Assembly (NCBI GenBank): GCA_964492425.1
Contig: CAZBKB010000004.1
Location: forward strand, 24,260 to 82,825
Direction of reading: 5' to 3'
Length of the DNA stretch: 58,566 bases
Source of the DNA: an uncultured Gammaproteobacteria bacterium
GTDB lineage: Bacteria > Patescibacteriota > Microgenomatia > Curtissbacterales > GWA2-41-24
In this document: positions 10,080-18,079 of the stretch, one piece after another
How the letters are laid out: every line of letters starts with the position of its first letter
Position numbering within the stretch: the stretch's first letter is position 1
The notes under the pieces: generated by a model
Told to the model about the DNA's origin: nothing
Databases searched by the model: none
The model's input: the letters and a program-made list of their open reading frames with translations, nothing else
Made by a program: the position numbers and the translations under genes

Positions 10080-11032
10080 CAGTTTTTTATTTTATCCCTT
10101 TCGTATTCAATTGTATCAAATAATGTTTTTTCTAGAGGTATTGTTGGTTCCCAACCAGTATCTTTTTTAAATTTGGAATAATCACAGTAAATTCGTTGTA
10201 TCTCGACCTTCCTGAATAAACTCCTATCTTGAACTATTTTAACCTCAACACTTGATAGTGAAATTAGTTTAGTAAGTATATCAGCTATTCTAACAGCTTT
10301 TGCTGAACCCAAGTTGTAAACATCACCAACTCTACCTTTATCCAGTGCAAGTAAATAAGCTTTTACAATGTCCCTCACATCTGTGATGTCCCGCCATGTG
10401 TTTAAGTTTCCAACTTTGATTATTCCTTTTCCTATTGTTTCAATTTTTGCTATTTGGGAAGCAAACGCCGGAACTACAAATTTTGTTGATTGACGAGGGC
10501 CTATGTGGTTAAAAGGTCTTACTCGGACAATATTAAGCCCATTGTTTAAAAAGAACTGATACCCCAGCATGTCTTGTGCAACTTTCGATACTGCGTAAGG
10601 CGAGGTTGGTGCGAGTGGTGTGTCTTCATTTACCGGTAAATATTTTTTTTCAACATCTCCATATTCATCAGCAGAACCAACTATTAGAATTTTTACTTTT
10701 GATTTTTGTCTTGCAACTTCCTCAAGTAAATTTATTTGTCCAAATATATTGTTTTTAAGAGTAAGCTGAGGATAGTGAAAACTTTGGGCCGGTGATGAAA
10801 ACGCAGCTAAGTGAAACAGATAATTATAATCTTTGAAATCTATCTTCTTTAAGCTACGTTTTTTCAGAAGGTCAATTTCAATTTTACTAATCTTTTTTGT
10901 AAATTGTTTTAGATTCTCAATTGAGTGTTTGGGATGAATAAGAGTTGTAACTTGAATATTATTTTTATTAAGATACTCTGTAAGATGGCTACCGACGAAA
11001 CCAGCCGCTCCTGTAATAAGCGCTTTTTTCAT
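10079..11032 (-). CDS. rmd: GDP-4-dehydro-6-deoxy-D-mannose reductase (Rmd-like SDR)
   Basis: [50 protein letters not shown] and a C-terminal ...[11 protein letters not shown] closely follow the Pseudomonas Rmd pattern. ATGA overlaps on both sides (gmd, ugd). Confidence 0.75.
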   Translation of the reverse strand: MKKALITGAAGFVGSHLTEYLNKNNIQVTTLIHPKHSIENLKQFTKKISKIEIDLLKKRSLKKIDFKDYNYLFHLAAFSSPAQSFHYPQLTLKNNIFGQINLLEEVARQKSKVKILIVGSADEYGDVEKKYLPVNEDTPLAPTSPYAVSKVAQDMLGYQFFLNNGLNIVRVRPFNHIGPRQSTKFVVPAFASQIAKIETIGKGIIKVGNLNTWRDITDVRDIVKAYLLALDKGRVGDVYNLGSAKAVRIADILTKLISLSSVEVKIVQDRSLFRKVEIQRIYCDYSKFKKDTGWEPTIPLEKTLFDTIEYERDKIKN

Positions 11033-12333
11033 CGACCGACGGTAAAATAACTAAAACCGATTTCTTTCATCTTTATAGTGTCATATATATTCCGTCCATC
11101 GATAATAATTGCTCTTTTTAAGCTATTTTTAATCTTTTGTAAGTCCATTCCAAGAAATTCTGGCCACTCAGTTACAATAACAAGTGCGTCTTGGCCTTTC
11201 GCTGCGTCATAAACATCTTTTGCATACTTTTGCTTTGGAAATATCTTTCTTGCTGTATCTATCGCCTTCGGATCATAAAGAGTCAAATCTGCACCTAAAT
11301 TAAGAAGTGACTGGATTATTTTTATAGATGGTGCATCTCTCATGTCATCTGTATTGGGCTTAAATGCGAGACCTAATATTGCTATTTTTATCTTTTCTAA
11401 ATTGGGTGTTATATTGTCGGTTGCCCCAACGGCTGTCCTAATTTTTGTTATAAACTTATCAATCTGACTATTGTTGATTGCATCTACACTTCTTAAAAGA
11501 TCAAAATTATAGTCGAAACTATTGGCTTGTGCTATAAATGCCAACACATCCTTAGGAAGACAAGATCCCCCATAACCAATCCCAGGTTGCAGAAATGAAG
11601 AGCCGATCCTTTTATCTGTACCTATCCCTAGTAGTACTTTCTGAACATCAGCACCTGTTTTTTCACAAATAGTTGCAAGAGCATTTGCATAGGAAATTTT
11701 TGTTGCCAAGAACGCGTTGGAGGCATATTTGATAAGCTGAGCAGAACGCATGTCACAAATGATTCTTTCTCCCGGTAATACTGCATGCAATTCTAATAAA
11801 ATTTTTTGCGCTCTTTTACTTGTAGTTCCAATTACAATACGGTCAGGGTGAAAAGCATCAGTAAGTGCAGTTCCCTCTCTTAGGAATTCCGGTGAAGCAG
11901 CAAATTCGAAATCTACTCGGGCATGTTTTTTTACGATTCTTTCCAAATCGTCTTCAAAACCGATAGGGAAAGTACTTTTTATAACAACAACTGTGTAATC
12001 TTTTAAATTTTTTGCAGTTTCTTCGACAGCACTAAACAGGTAAGTTAAATCTGCCTCGCCATTTTTGGAGGGAGGAGTTCCAACACAAATAAAAACTGCT
12101 TGAGATTTAGGAACTGACTGTGAATACGAGGTTGTGAAGATTAACCTTTTTTCTTTTGCGTTTTTTGATAAGTATTCATATAACCCAGTTTCGAAGAATG
12201 GTATCTTACCTCGTTTGAGTGATTCTATCCTTTCCTTTGAAGTGTCTATACAGTAAACATCGTTTCCTAGCTCTGCAAAGAGAGCTGCTGTAACTAACCC
12301 TACATATCCTGCACCGATTACTGATATTGTCAT
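11029..12333 (-). CDS. ugd: UDP-glucose 6-dehydrogenase
   Basis: ISVIGAGYVGLVTAA, GGSCLPKDV, 434 aa, UDP-glucose/GDP-mannose dehydrogenase family. Confidence 0.85.
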   Translation of the reverse strand: MTISVIGAGYVGLVTAALFAELGNDVYCIDTSKERIESLKRGKIPFFETGLYEYLSKNAKEKRLIFTTSYSQSVPKSQAVFICVGTPPSKNGEADLTYLFSAVEETAKNLKDYTVVVIKSTFPIGFEDDLERIVKKHARVDFEFAASPEFLREGTALTDAFHPDRIVIGTTSKRAQKILLELHAVLPGERIICDMRSAQLIKYASNAFLATKISYANALATICEKTGADVQKVLLGIGTDKRIGSSFLQPGIGYGGSCLPKDVLAFIAQANSFDYNFDLLRSVDAINNSQIDKFITKIRTAVGATDNITPNLEKIKIAILGLAFKPNTDDMRDAPSIKIIQSLLNLGADLTLYDPKAIDTARKIFPKQKYAKDVYDAAKGQDALVIVTEWPEFLGMDLQKIKNSLKRAIIIDGRNIYDTIKMKEIGFSYFTVGR

Positions 12334-12374
12334 TATTTACTGGCTATCCTGATATTTTAGTCAAATAAAAGAAT

Positions 12375-13283
12375 TTAAATCAATTCTCCTTTTTTTTGGG
12401 CAAGTATTATTTCAATACCATTCTCCCAAGATGTTGGCATAAATCCTAACTTCGGTAATTTTTCAACTTTTAAGCCTCCTATTAAGGGTCGGGGTGTGGA
12501 ATTTTCTCTTTTAAGGATTTCTGCAAGAGAAGCATTCGTCAATTTTTTGGGATTTTTACCAAATTTCTTTAATAATTGCTTAGCAAAAACATATGGGGAA
12601 CAACTTTTTAAACTGGCTAAATGGTATATCCCTTTGTTATCTGTTTTCAATAAAGTTTGAATAGCTGGAGCAAGATCATCTATAAATGTTGGAGTTGTCA
12701 ATTGATCAAAAAATAGTGGGTATAAGTTATTTTGCTCATATTTTTCTAATATGCTTCGTACAAAATCTTTTTTATATTTAAATTTTGATCGATACGGGTA
12801 GGTTATTCTTAAAATTATGTAATCATCTATTGTTGTAGCTTCGTCTTCAGAAATTTTTTTCGTTAAACCATACCAGCTAATTTTTTTTTCATCTTGATTG
12901 AATGCCTCAGTTTCAGGATATGGCCCGTTTTGCCCATCAAATACAAAGTCTGTTGAGATCAGGAGTAGTTTTCGCTTACTATGTCTGCAAGCATCGACTA
13001 CGTTTTTCGTACCTTTTACATTTATTTCCCATACAATTCCATGTTTATCGCCTCTTTGTTTTTCTGCCTCATCAACGTCTGTGTAAGCAGAAAAAAGTAT
13101 TACAGTTGAAAATTGATGTTGTTGAAAAAAAGTTTTTACCGAATTGTTATTTGTTATATCTACTGAAATTTTCCCGTCTAAGTCTGCTTTTATTAACTTG
13201 AAATCGTTTTGAAGTTCACAAAAACGGGAACCCACCATGGAGCTTGCACCAATTACAGCTACTTTTTGTTGATTAGTTGCCAA
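12375..13283 (-). CDS. rmlD: dTDP-4-dehydrorhamnose reductase-like SDR
   Basis: VAVIGASSMVGSRF Rossmann motif, YGLTKKISE (YxxxK), about 300 aa, positioned in an rml operon. Apparent TTG start overlaps the rmlC stop. Confidence 0.6.
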   Translation of the reverse strand: MATNQQKVAVIGASSMVGSRFCELQNDFKLIKADLDGKISVDITNNNSVKTFFQQHQFSTVILFSAYTDVDEAEKQRGDKHGIVWEINVKGTKNVVDACRHSKRKLLLISTDFVFDGQNGPYPETEAFNQDEKKISWYGLTKKISEDEATTIDDYIILRITYPYRSKFKYKKDFVRSILEKYEQNNLYPLFFDQLTTPTFIDDLAPAIQTLLKTDNKGIYHLASLKSCSPYVFAKQLLKKFGKNPKKLTNASLAEILKRENSTPRPLIGGLKVEKLPKLGFMPTSWENGIEIILAQKKGELI

Positions 13284-13794
13284 AGTCTTCCCTTACCTTA
13301 TTCCAGTTAAGCTCATTATCATGATTTACTCGGCCTTCATCGTGTGGGTTGTAAAGCTTTGTTGGAAAATTCGCAAGCATCGCGGGTGTTTTTGAAATTA
13401 CCACAAAGCCATGATATGTCTCTTCGGGAATAATAACCATGTACATTTCGTCTTCATTTTCCGGACCCATTGTGAACAAATTTAATTTGCTTTTAGTAAC
13501 AGAGCCTTCTCGAGGGTCAAAAACAGCAGTTACAATTCTGCCAGACACACAGATAAATCTGTCTTTTTGATACCTGTGCACATGCCACTTGTTTTCATCT
13601 CGTGCTACAGATGGAGGTGTTTGCGAAATATATTGCATCTTGAAGGGCATTTCGGAAGTTAAAACGTCTTTCCAATCTTCTCGCAAGGTTTCAACCAATG
13701 TGCCTGTCGGATCTTTATGAAGAGTAAGTTTTCTTAAAATGACACCTTCTATTAACTGTTCAGTGCTTTTTAGATTAAAATAGCTGTAATTCAT
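13273..13794 (-). CDS. rmlC: dTDP-4-dehydrorhamnose 3,5-epimerase-like cupin
   Basis: 173 aa cupin with HVHRYQKDRFICVSGRIVTAVFDPREGS...IIPEETYHGF, located between rmlB and rmlD. Confidence 0.65.
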   Translation of the reverse strand: MNYSYFNLKSTEQLIEGVILRKLTLHKDPTGTLVETLREDWKDVLTSEMPFKMQYISQTPPSVARDENKWHVHRYQKDRFICVSGRIVTAVFDPREGSVTKSKLNLFTMGPENEDEMYMVIIPEETYHGFVVISKTPAMLANFPTKLYNPHDEGRVNHDNELNWNKVREDFGN

Positions 13795-14804
13795 TATTTT
13801 CTTATATATTGTTTGTCGTAATAATCATTAAAGGCTTTGTTTTTAAGTTCTTTCCACCAAGATTTATTATTCTGATACCAGCTGATTGTTAATTTAAGAG
13901 CCTCGTCAAAGGAAAAGTTTGATTCCCAATTTAACTCTTTCTTAATTTTAGCAGCATTTATTGCATATCTCCTATCGTGGCCTGGCCTGTCGCGTACGTA
14001 TTCAATCTTTGTTTCGGGCAGTTTCATAATTTTCAAAATTCTTTTAATAACGCTAATATTGGGAATATCATTATTTACTCCCACACAATAAGTTTCACCG
14101 ACCTTGCCTTTTTGGATTATTGCATCAATTGAGGATGCGTGATCCTCGACATACAACCAGTCGCGTACATAAAGACCATCTCCGTAAACTGGAACATTTT
14201 TGCCTTCAATCAAGTTCGTAATGGTAAGGGAGATTAATTTTTCCGGATACTGATATGGGCCAAAGTTGTTAGAACAATTGCTTATGGTGATCGGCAGTCC
14301 ATATGTTTCAAAATAAGCTCTGACTAAATGATCTGATGCAGCTTTTGTTGCAGAATAAGGGCTATTTGGCTGGTATTTTGTTGTTTCGTCGAATTTTTCC
14401 TTTGAAGTGAGCGCTAATGCACCGAATACTTCGTCTGTAGAGACATGGTGAAACCTTCTTATTTTCTCTTTACGCGCCGCATCTAGAAGAATTTGTGTTC
14501 CCAAAACGTTGGTTAATACAAATGGTGCCGGATCTAGAATCGACCGATCAACATGCGATTCTGCGGCAAAATTTACAAGAACATCAACACCACGAATCAC
14601 CTCACTTACGTCATGTATATTGGCAATATCCCCTTCTTTAAATTTGTAACCGGGTAAATTTTCTACATCTTTTAAACTATCGAGATTGCCAGCATAAGTT
14701 AATTTATCAAAATTGATAATTTCATCACTGGGGTATTTTTTTAACCAGTAGCGAATAAAATTGGAGCCAATAAAACCTGCTCCTCCAGTTATTAGTAGTT
14801 TCAT
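13794..14804 (-). CDS. rmlB: dTDP-glucose 4,6-dehydratase
   Basis: MKLLITGGAGFIGSNF..., STDEVFG, YSATKAASDH. I start it at ATG 14802-14804, which forms a TAATG overlap with the rmlA stop; the 17-codon upstream extension in the track is unlikely. Confidence 0.9.
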   Translation of the reverse strand: MKLLITGGAGFIGSNFIRYWLKKYPSDEIINFDKLTYAGNLDSLKDVENLPGYKFKEGDIANIHDVSEVIRGVDVLVNFAAESHVDRSILDPAPFVLTNVLGTQILLDAARKEKIRRFHHVSTDEVFGALALTSKEKFDETTKYQPNSPYSATKAASDHLVRAYFETYGLPITISNCSNNFGPYQYPEKLISLTITNLIEGKNVPVYGDGLYVRDWLYVEDHASSIDAIIQKGKVGETYCVGVNNDIPNISVIKRILKIMKLPETKIEYVRDRPGHDRRYAINAAKIKKELNWESNFSFDEALKLTISWYQNNKSWWKELKNKAFNDYYDKQYIRK

Positions 14805-15556
14805 TAAAATGTAGTGAGTTCTTTTTCTCTGTCCCCCAAAAGTTTGCGAGCCCAAAACACATTTGAACGGTATAGGCTTTCGAAAGTTCCCGCATCAGAC
14901 CAGAACCCTGAAAGGTTTGCCCATCTTAGTTTACCTTCATTTATGTATAGATTATTGACATCGGTTATCTCTAGTTGTCCTCTGGTTGAAGGTTCAATTT
15001 TTGAACAATAAGAAAATACTTTATTGTCATAAATATATACACCGGTTACTGCTAAATTACTTTTAGGCTTACTCGGTTTTTCTTCAATACCCACAACTTT
15101 TGTATTATCTACATGATCAAGTTCGGCAATCCCAAACCTTTGAGGATCATCTACCTCTTTCAAAAAAATTACCGCTCCGTCTTTGAAATTTTTCACTTCT
15201 TGAGATATATCGGTATCAGTACAATTATCCCCCAATATGACAGTTATGGGTTTTTCGTCTGCAAAGCTTTTGGCAAGTTTCAGCGCATCTGCAATTCCCC
15301 CATCACCTAAGTTTTGGTAAGCATACTCAATGTGTTTTATACCAAAGTCTGTACCATTTTGAAGAACTCTTATAAAGTCGCCAGCGTGTGGACCTCCGAC
15401 TACTATTAAGATTTCGTAAATCCCAGCCTTCGTCAAGGTTTGGATTGGGTAATATATCATTGGTTTGTCATATACGGGCAGGAGATGTTTGTTTGTTGCG
15501 TAGGTTAAGGGGTAAAGGCGGGTACCTAAACCGCCTGCTAGAATTACGCCTTTCAT
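14804..15556 (-). CDS. rmlA: glucose-1-phosphate thymidylyltransferase (short form)
   Basis: MKGVILAGGLGTRLYPLTYATNKHLLPVYDKPMIYYPI..., 250 aa. Confidence 0.85.
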   Translation of the reverse strand: MKGVILAGGLGTRLYPLTYATNKHLLPVYDKPMIYYPIQTLTKAGIYEILIVVGGPHAGDFIRVLQNGTDFGIKHIEYAYQNLGDGGIADALKLAKSFADEKPITVILGDNCTDTDISQEVKNFKDGAVIFLKEVDDPQRFGIAELDHVDNTKVVGIEEKPSKPKSNLAVTGVYIYDNKVFSYCSKIEPSTRGQLEITDVNNLYINEGKLRWANLSGFWSDAGTFESLYRSNVFWARKLLGDREKELTTF

Positions 15557-15600
15557 GATTTACAACAATTATAATATATGATGCTTGTGTTGAGAAAGGT

Positions 15601-16650
15601 TTAAGGGTCAAGCTCACAATTGTTTTCGGATTCTGCCTCGCATTGATCAGTTCCACCATCACCATTGGCTGAATCCCCAAAACCTGTTCCACCAATCAAA
15701 ATATCGTTTTGTCCCCCACCCTTAAGACTATCGTTACCGTCGTCTCCAAAAATTTCGTCTTCTCCTCCATCACCTTTTAGAAAATCATGACTTTCATTTC
15801 CGTGGATTTTGTCATTGTGACCGCCACCCTCAATGTGATCACCGCCGGCTCCGCCAAAGATAGTGTCTTGACCACTGTCGCCTCTGATATTATCCCCACT
15901 CTCTTGTCCTAGGATTACGTCGCTGCCTTCCCCGCCTTTTATAGAATCGCCTCCGGGGCCACCCAGGATACAGTCGTCCCCACCTTTACCGTCAATCGAA
16001 TCACCACCCTCAAAACCCAGAATTAGATCATTGCCAGATGTTCCTTTTAACCGGTCTCCTATTGAGGTTCCAAAAATTGGGCTATTTGAGAACCCGATTT
16101 GTTCACATTCGTCTGGAAGGTCGATAGAGATTCCGATAATGATATCAAAAATCACCTGGGTATTTTGAAAATCATTTCCTGCTTCTTCTTTAAAAATTGC
16201 TTTAAATGTGTAAGTTATAGAAGTCGCCGGGTTAATGTCTGAGAGAAAAATCCCGTTTATCGGATTACCTTCCGTAAAGAAATCCGCAAGAGTTTTAGGA
16301 CCTGACGAACTTGTGCCACCATAAATATCAGTTCCACTTTCGGTGATTACAAAATCAAACGCTTGCGACAAATTAGCACTGTCATTAACTGACGATGACC
16401 TAACACCAACCGGACGGATTCCTGAACCGTTGTTTGTAACGTTAACATCGTGGCTTACCGATTGCCCAGGTACCATACCGGTAACGGTAAAAATCGGGTT
16501 GCCTTCCGGTACACCCCAATCTACTGATAAATCACCAACTGCGTATACTGTAGAGCTGTCAAGTAATTGAGACGTGAATAAATTGACCGCAAACACGATT
16601 GCCAAAACTGAAATTGCTATTTTTATTAATCTTGATTTAAGTTTTTTCAT
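15601..16650 (-). CDS. secreted protein: TasA/camelysin-like N-terminal domain fused to RTX-type Ca-binding repeats
   Basis: Signal peptide MKKLKSRLIKIAISVLAIVFAVNLF. The N-terminal domain (...MVPGQSVSHDVNVTNNGS...TYTFKAIFKEEAGNDFQNTQVIFD) resembles TasA-family beta-sandwich proteins. The C-terminal part carries GGxGxDxxx nonapeptides. Start ATG 16648-16650 lies just after the sipW-like stop. Confidence 0.7.
   Translation of the reverse strand: MKKLKSRLIKIAISVLAIVFAVNLFTSQLLDSSTVYAVGDLSVDWGVPEGNPIFTVTGMVPGQSVSHDVNVTNNGSGIRPVGVRSSSVNDSANLSQAFDFVITESGTDIYGGTSSSGPKTLADFFTEGNPINGIFLSDINPATSITYTFKAIFKEEAGNDFQNTQVIFDIIIGISIDLPDECEQIGFSNSPIFGTSIGDRLKGTSGNDLILGFEGGDSIDGKGGDDCILGGPGGDSIKGGEGSDVILGQESGDNIRGDSGQDTIFGGAGGDHIEGGGHNDKIHGNESHDFLKGDGGEDEIFGDDGNDSLKGGGQNDILIGGTGFGDSANGDGGTDQCEAESENNCELDP
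15649..16044 (-). repeat. about 13 tandem RTX/hemolysin-type nonapeptide repeats (27-nt period) inside the CDS
   Basis: GTSGNDLIL GFEGGDSID GKGGDDCIL GGPGGDSIK GGEGSDVIL GQESGDNIR GDSGQDTIF GGAGGDHIE GGGHNDKIH GNESHDFLK GDGGEDEIF GDDGNDSLK GGGQNDILI. Confidence 0.75.
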
Positions 16651-16651
16651 G

Positions 16652-17953
16652 TTATGGTGCACTGTTTACCGCCTTCGGGGTCGCTGATTCTCCAGCGCCT
16701 ACATCAATATTCGTTTGCGTGGTAGCTGTGTGCCAATTTGTTGAAACTGTACCGTCACCCGGAACAGAATTTCTCTCCATAGATTTTTTGGGTGTCTGGC
16801 CAGGGGGATCGTCACCAAAAAACCAAGCACCGTTGATATTTGCAATATCAATTGTATTTCCTAAATTATTCTTTAGGGTTAATTGCTCTCCATTATTTTG
16901 GAGGCTAACACCGCTTGTTTGAAAGTCTGGTGTTACGCTTATAATAGATGTGGATTCAATATCATTACTAATCAGAAATAAACCATTTGCAGAAATAATA
17001 TGACCTAAAGGGATAGTTATAATCCTTGCCGGTCCACTGCCTTCACCTAGGTTTTCTACAACCCAACTCGAAAGATCGATTGCATTGCCAGTCATATTTC
17101 TTAATTCAATCCACTCGTCTGCACTGTTTCCTTGAGAGCCGGCCCACATAATTTCATTTATGACAACAGACCTTACCTGGACAACCGGTGAGGGGCTTGG
17201 AGAAGGGCTTGGGGTAGGCGTTGGTGTTGGGGAAGAGAAAATTTGTGCCGTTATAAAAGTGTTAGTGAGAGAAGATGCAGAGTCCGAAAAAAATGCGTAG
17301 GAATTATGGAAAAACATTATTCCTAAAACAAATGGGAACAGGACTCGAAGGCTAATGGGGCCTAGCAAAGCTCCTTTTTCTACTTCGAATTGGGGATCTT
17401 CCAAAAGCATTCTTCTGGCCCTCATAATTTTAATTATTTCTTTAACGAGGTTGATAGATTCTATGCCAATTACTAAAAGTGCCGGGATTAAAACCAAAAG
17501 TGCAAAACCTTGTTTGGTTTTTGCAAACGCAAAAAGTTCGCCAGCTTTGGGTATCGTTAATACGGATTTTCCAATGATTAAATCTTCACTAACAAGTTGA
17601 GTATCTGGTGAATTATTAGCGTCTCCTTGGGTTTGATATAAGATTTTGCTATTTGTGACTCGCTTTGAAACAACCCTGTGGGTTGTAACAACATTTGCAT
17701 TTTTGTCACCTTTAAACGCAATTATATCCCCTTCCTTATATTTGCCAATATCTTTTGGGAGGGGGCTATTTATCCCTTTTGCAAGATTGACAACGATTAA
17801 GTCTCCAGCTTTAACTGTTGGTTCCATAGAACCTGAGCGAACAATTAGTGCTTTGTTGCCAAAAATAGGTATGGCGACGTAAGTTAATATTGCCGCGATG
17901 ATAACTAATAAAGTAACCAGCGTATAATTTACAAACTTAAAAAAAGTTTTCAT
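16652..17953 (-). CDS. SipW-like (archaeal/ER-type) signal peptidase I fused to an internal SipW-class signal peptide, PT/SP linker and lamin-tail domain (LTD)
   Basis: N-TM, SGSMEPTVKAGDLIVV (Ser box), TTHRVV, QGDANNSPD, then a C-TM. This is followed by ...LRVLFPFVLGIMFFHNSYAFFSDSASSLTNTFITAQ, then SSPTPTPTPSPSPSPSP, then VVINEIMWAGSQGNSADEWIELRNMTGNAIDLSSWVV (LTD). Start ATG 17951-17953 (MKTFFKF); the 27-codon track extension crosses a hairpin. Confidence 0.8.
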   Translation of the reverse strand: MKTFFKFVNYTLVTLLVIIAAILTYVAIPIFGNKALIVRSGSMEPTVKAGDLIVVNLAKGINSPLPKDIGKYKEGDIIAFKGDKNANVVTTHRVVSKRVTNSKILYQTQGDANNSPDTQLVSEDLIIGKSVLTIPKAGELFAFAKTKQGFALLVLIPALLVIGIESINLVKEIIKIMRARRMLLEDPQFEVEKGALLGPISLRVLFPFVLGIMFFHNSYAFFSDSASSLTNTFITAQIFSSPTPTPTPSPSPSPSPVVQVRSVVINEIMWAGSQGNSADEWIELRNMTGNAIDLSSWVVENLGEGSGPARIITIPLGHIISANGLFLISNDIESTSIISVTPDFQTSGVSLQNNGEQLTLKNNLGNTIDIANINGAWFFGDDPPGQTPKKSMERNSVPGDGTVSTNWHTATTQTNIDVGAGESATPKAVNSAP

Positions 17954-17988
17954 TTTCACAAATATCTGATATAAATCTTGATTGCAGT

Positions 17989-18026
17989 TGGGCGGGAAGC
18001 GAATTAGGACAGGAGCAACCCGCCCA
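17989..18026 (-). promoter_or_regulatory. GC-rich stem-loop between the TasA-like gene and the sipW-like gene (attenuator or RNA-stability hairpin candidate)
   Basis: Perfect 8-bp arms TGGGCGGG (17989-17996) and CCCGCCCA (18019-18026) with a 22-nt loop that contains the AATTAGGACA motif. No U-tract follows on the minus-strand transcript. Confidence 0.4.
18000..18011. repeat. copy 1 of the CGAATTAGGACA motif
   Basis: aagcGAATTAGGACAgg, read on the plus strand. Confidence 0.6.
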
Positions 18027-18079
18027 GTCTGCATCTATTTACGATTTAAAGAGCCTGTCCTTCTCTATGATCACCCCTC

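Noticed and set aside
14805-14855. 17-codon extension of rmlB overlapping rmlA
   Set aside because: The ATG at 14802-14804 gives the canonical MKLLITGGAGFIGS start and a TAATG junction with the rmlA stop.
15557-15600. TATAAT hexamer 14 nt upstream of the rmlA ATG as a promoter
   Set aside because: It has no acceptable -35 element, and in AT-rich DNA such hexamers are frequent. I did not list it as a feature.
15468-15695. 75-aa minus-strand ORF spanning the rmlA start and the end of the RTX gene. Nested same-strand ORFs 24308-24544, 34219-34428, 39818-40000, 52717-52923 and 57092-57307 belong to the same class.
   Set aside because: They are out-of-frame overlaps with confidently assigned genes, and their sequences are not protein-like.
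17954-18034. 27-codon N-terminal extension of the sipW-like ORF (MQTGRVAPVLIRFPPNCNQDLYQIFVK)
   Set aside because: It reads through the GC-rich hairpin and the motif copy. The ATG at 17951-17953 gives a normal MKTFF... N-terminus with a TM helix.
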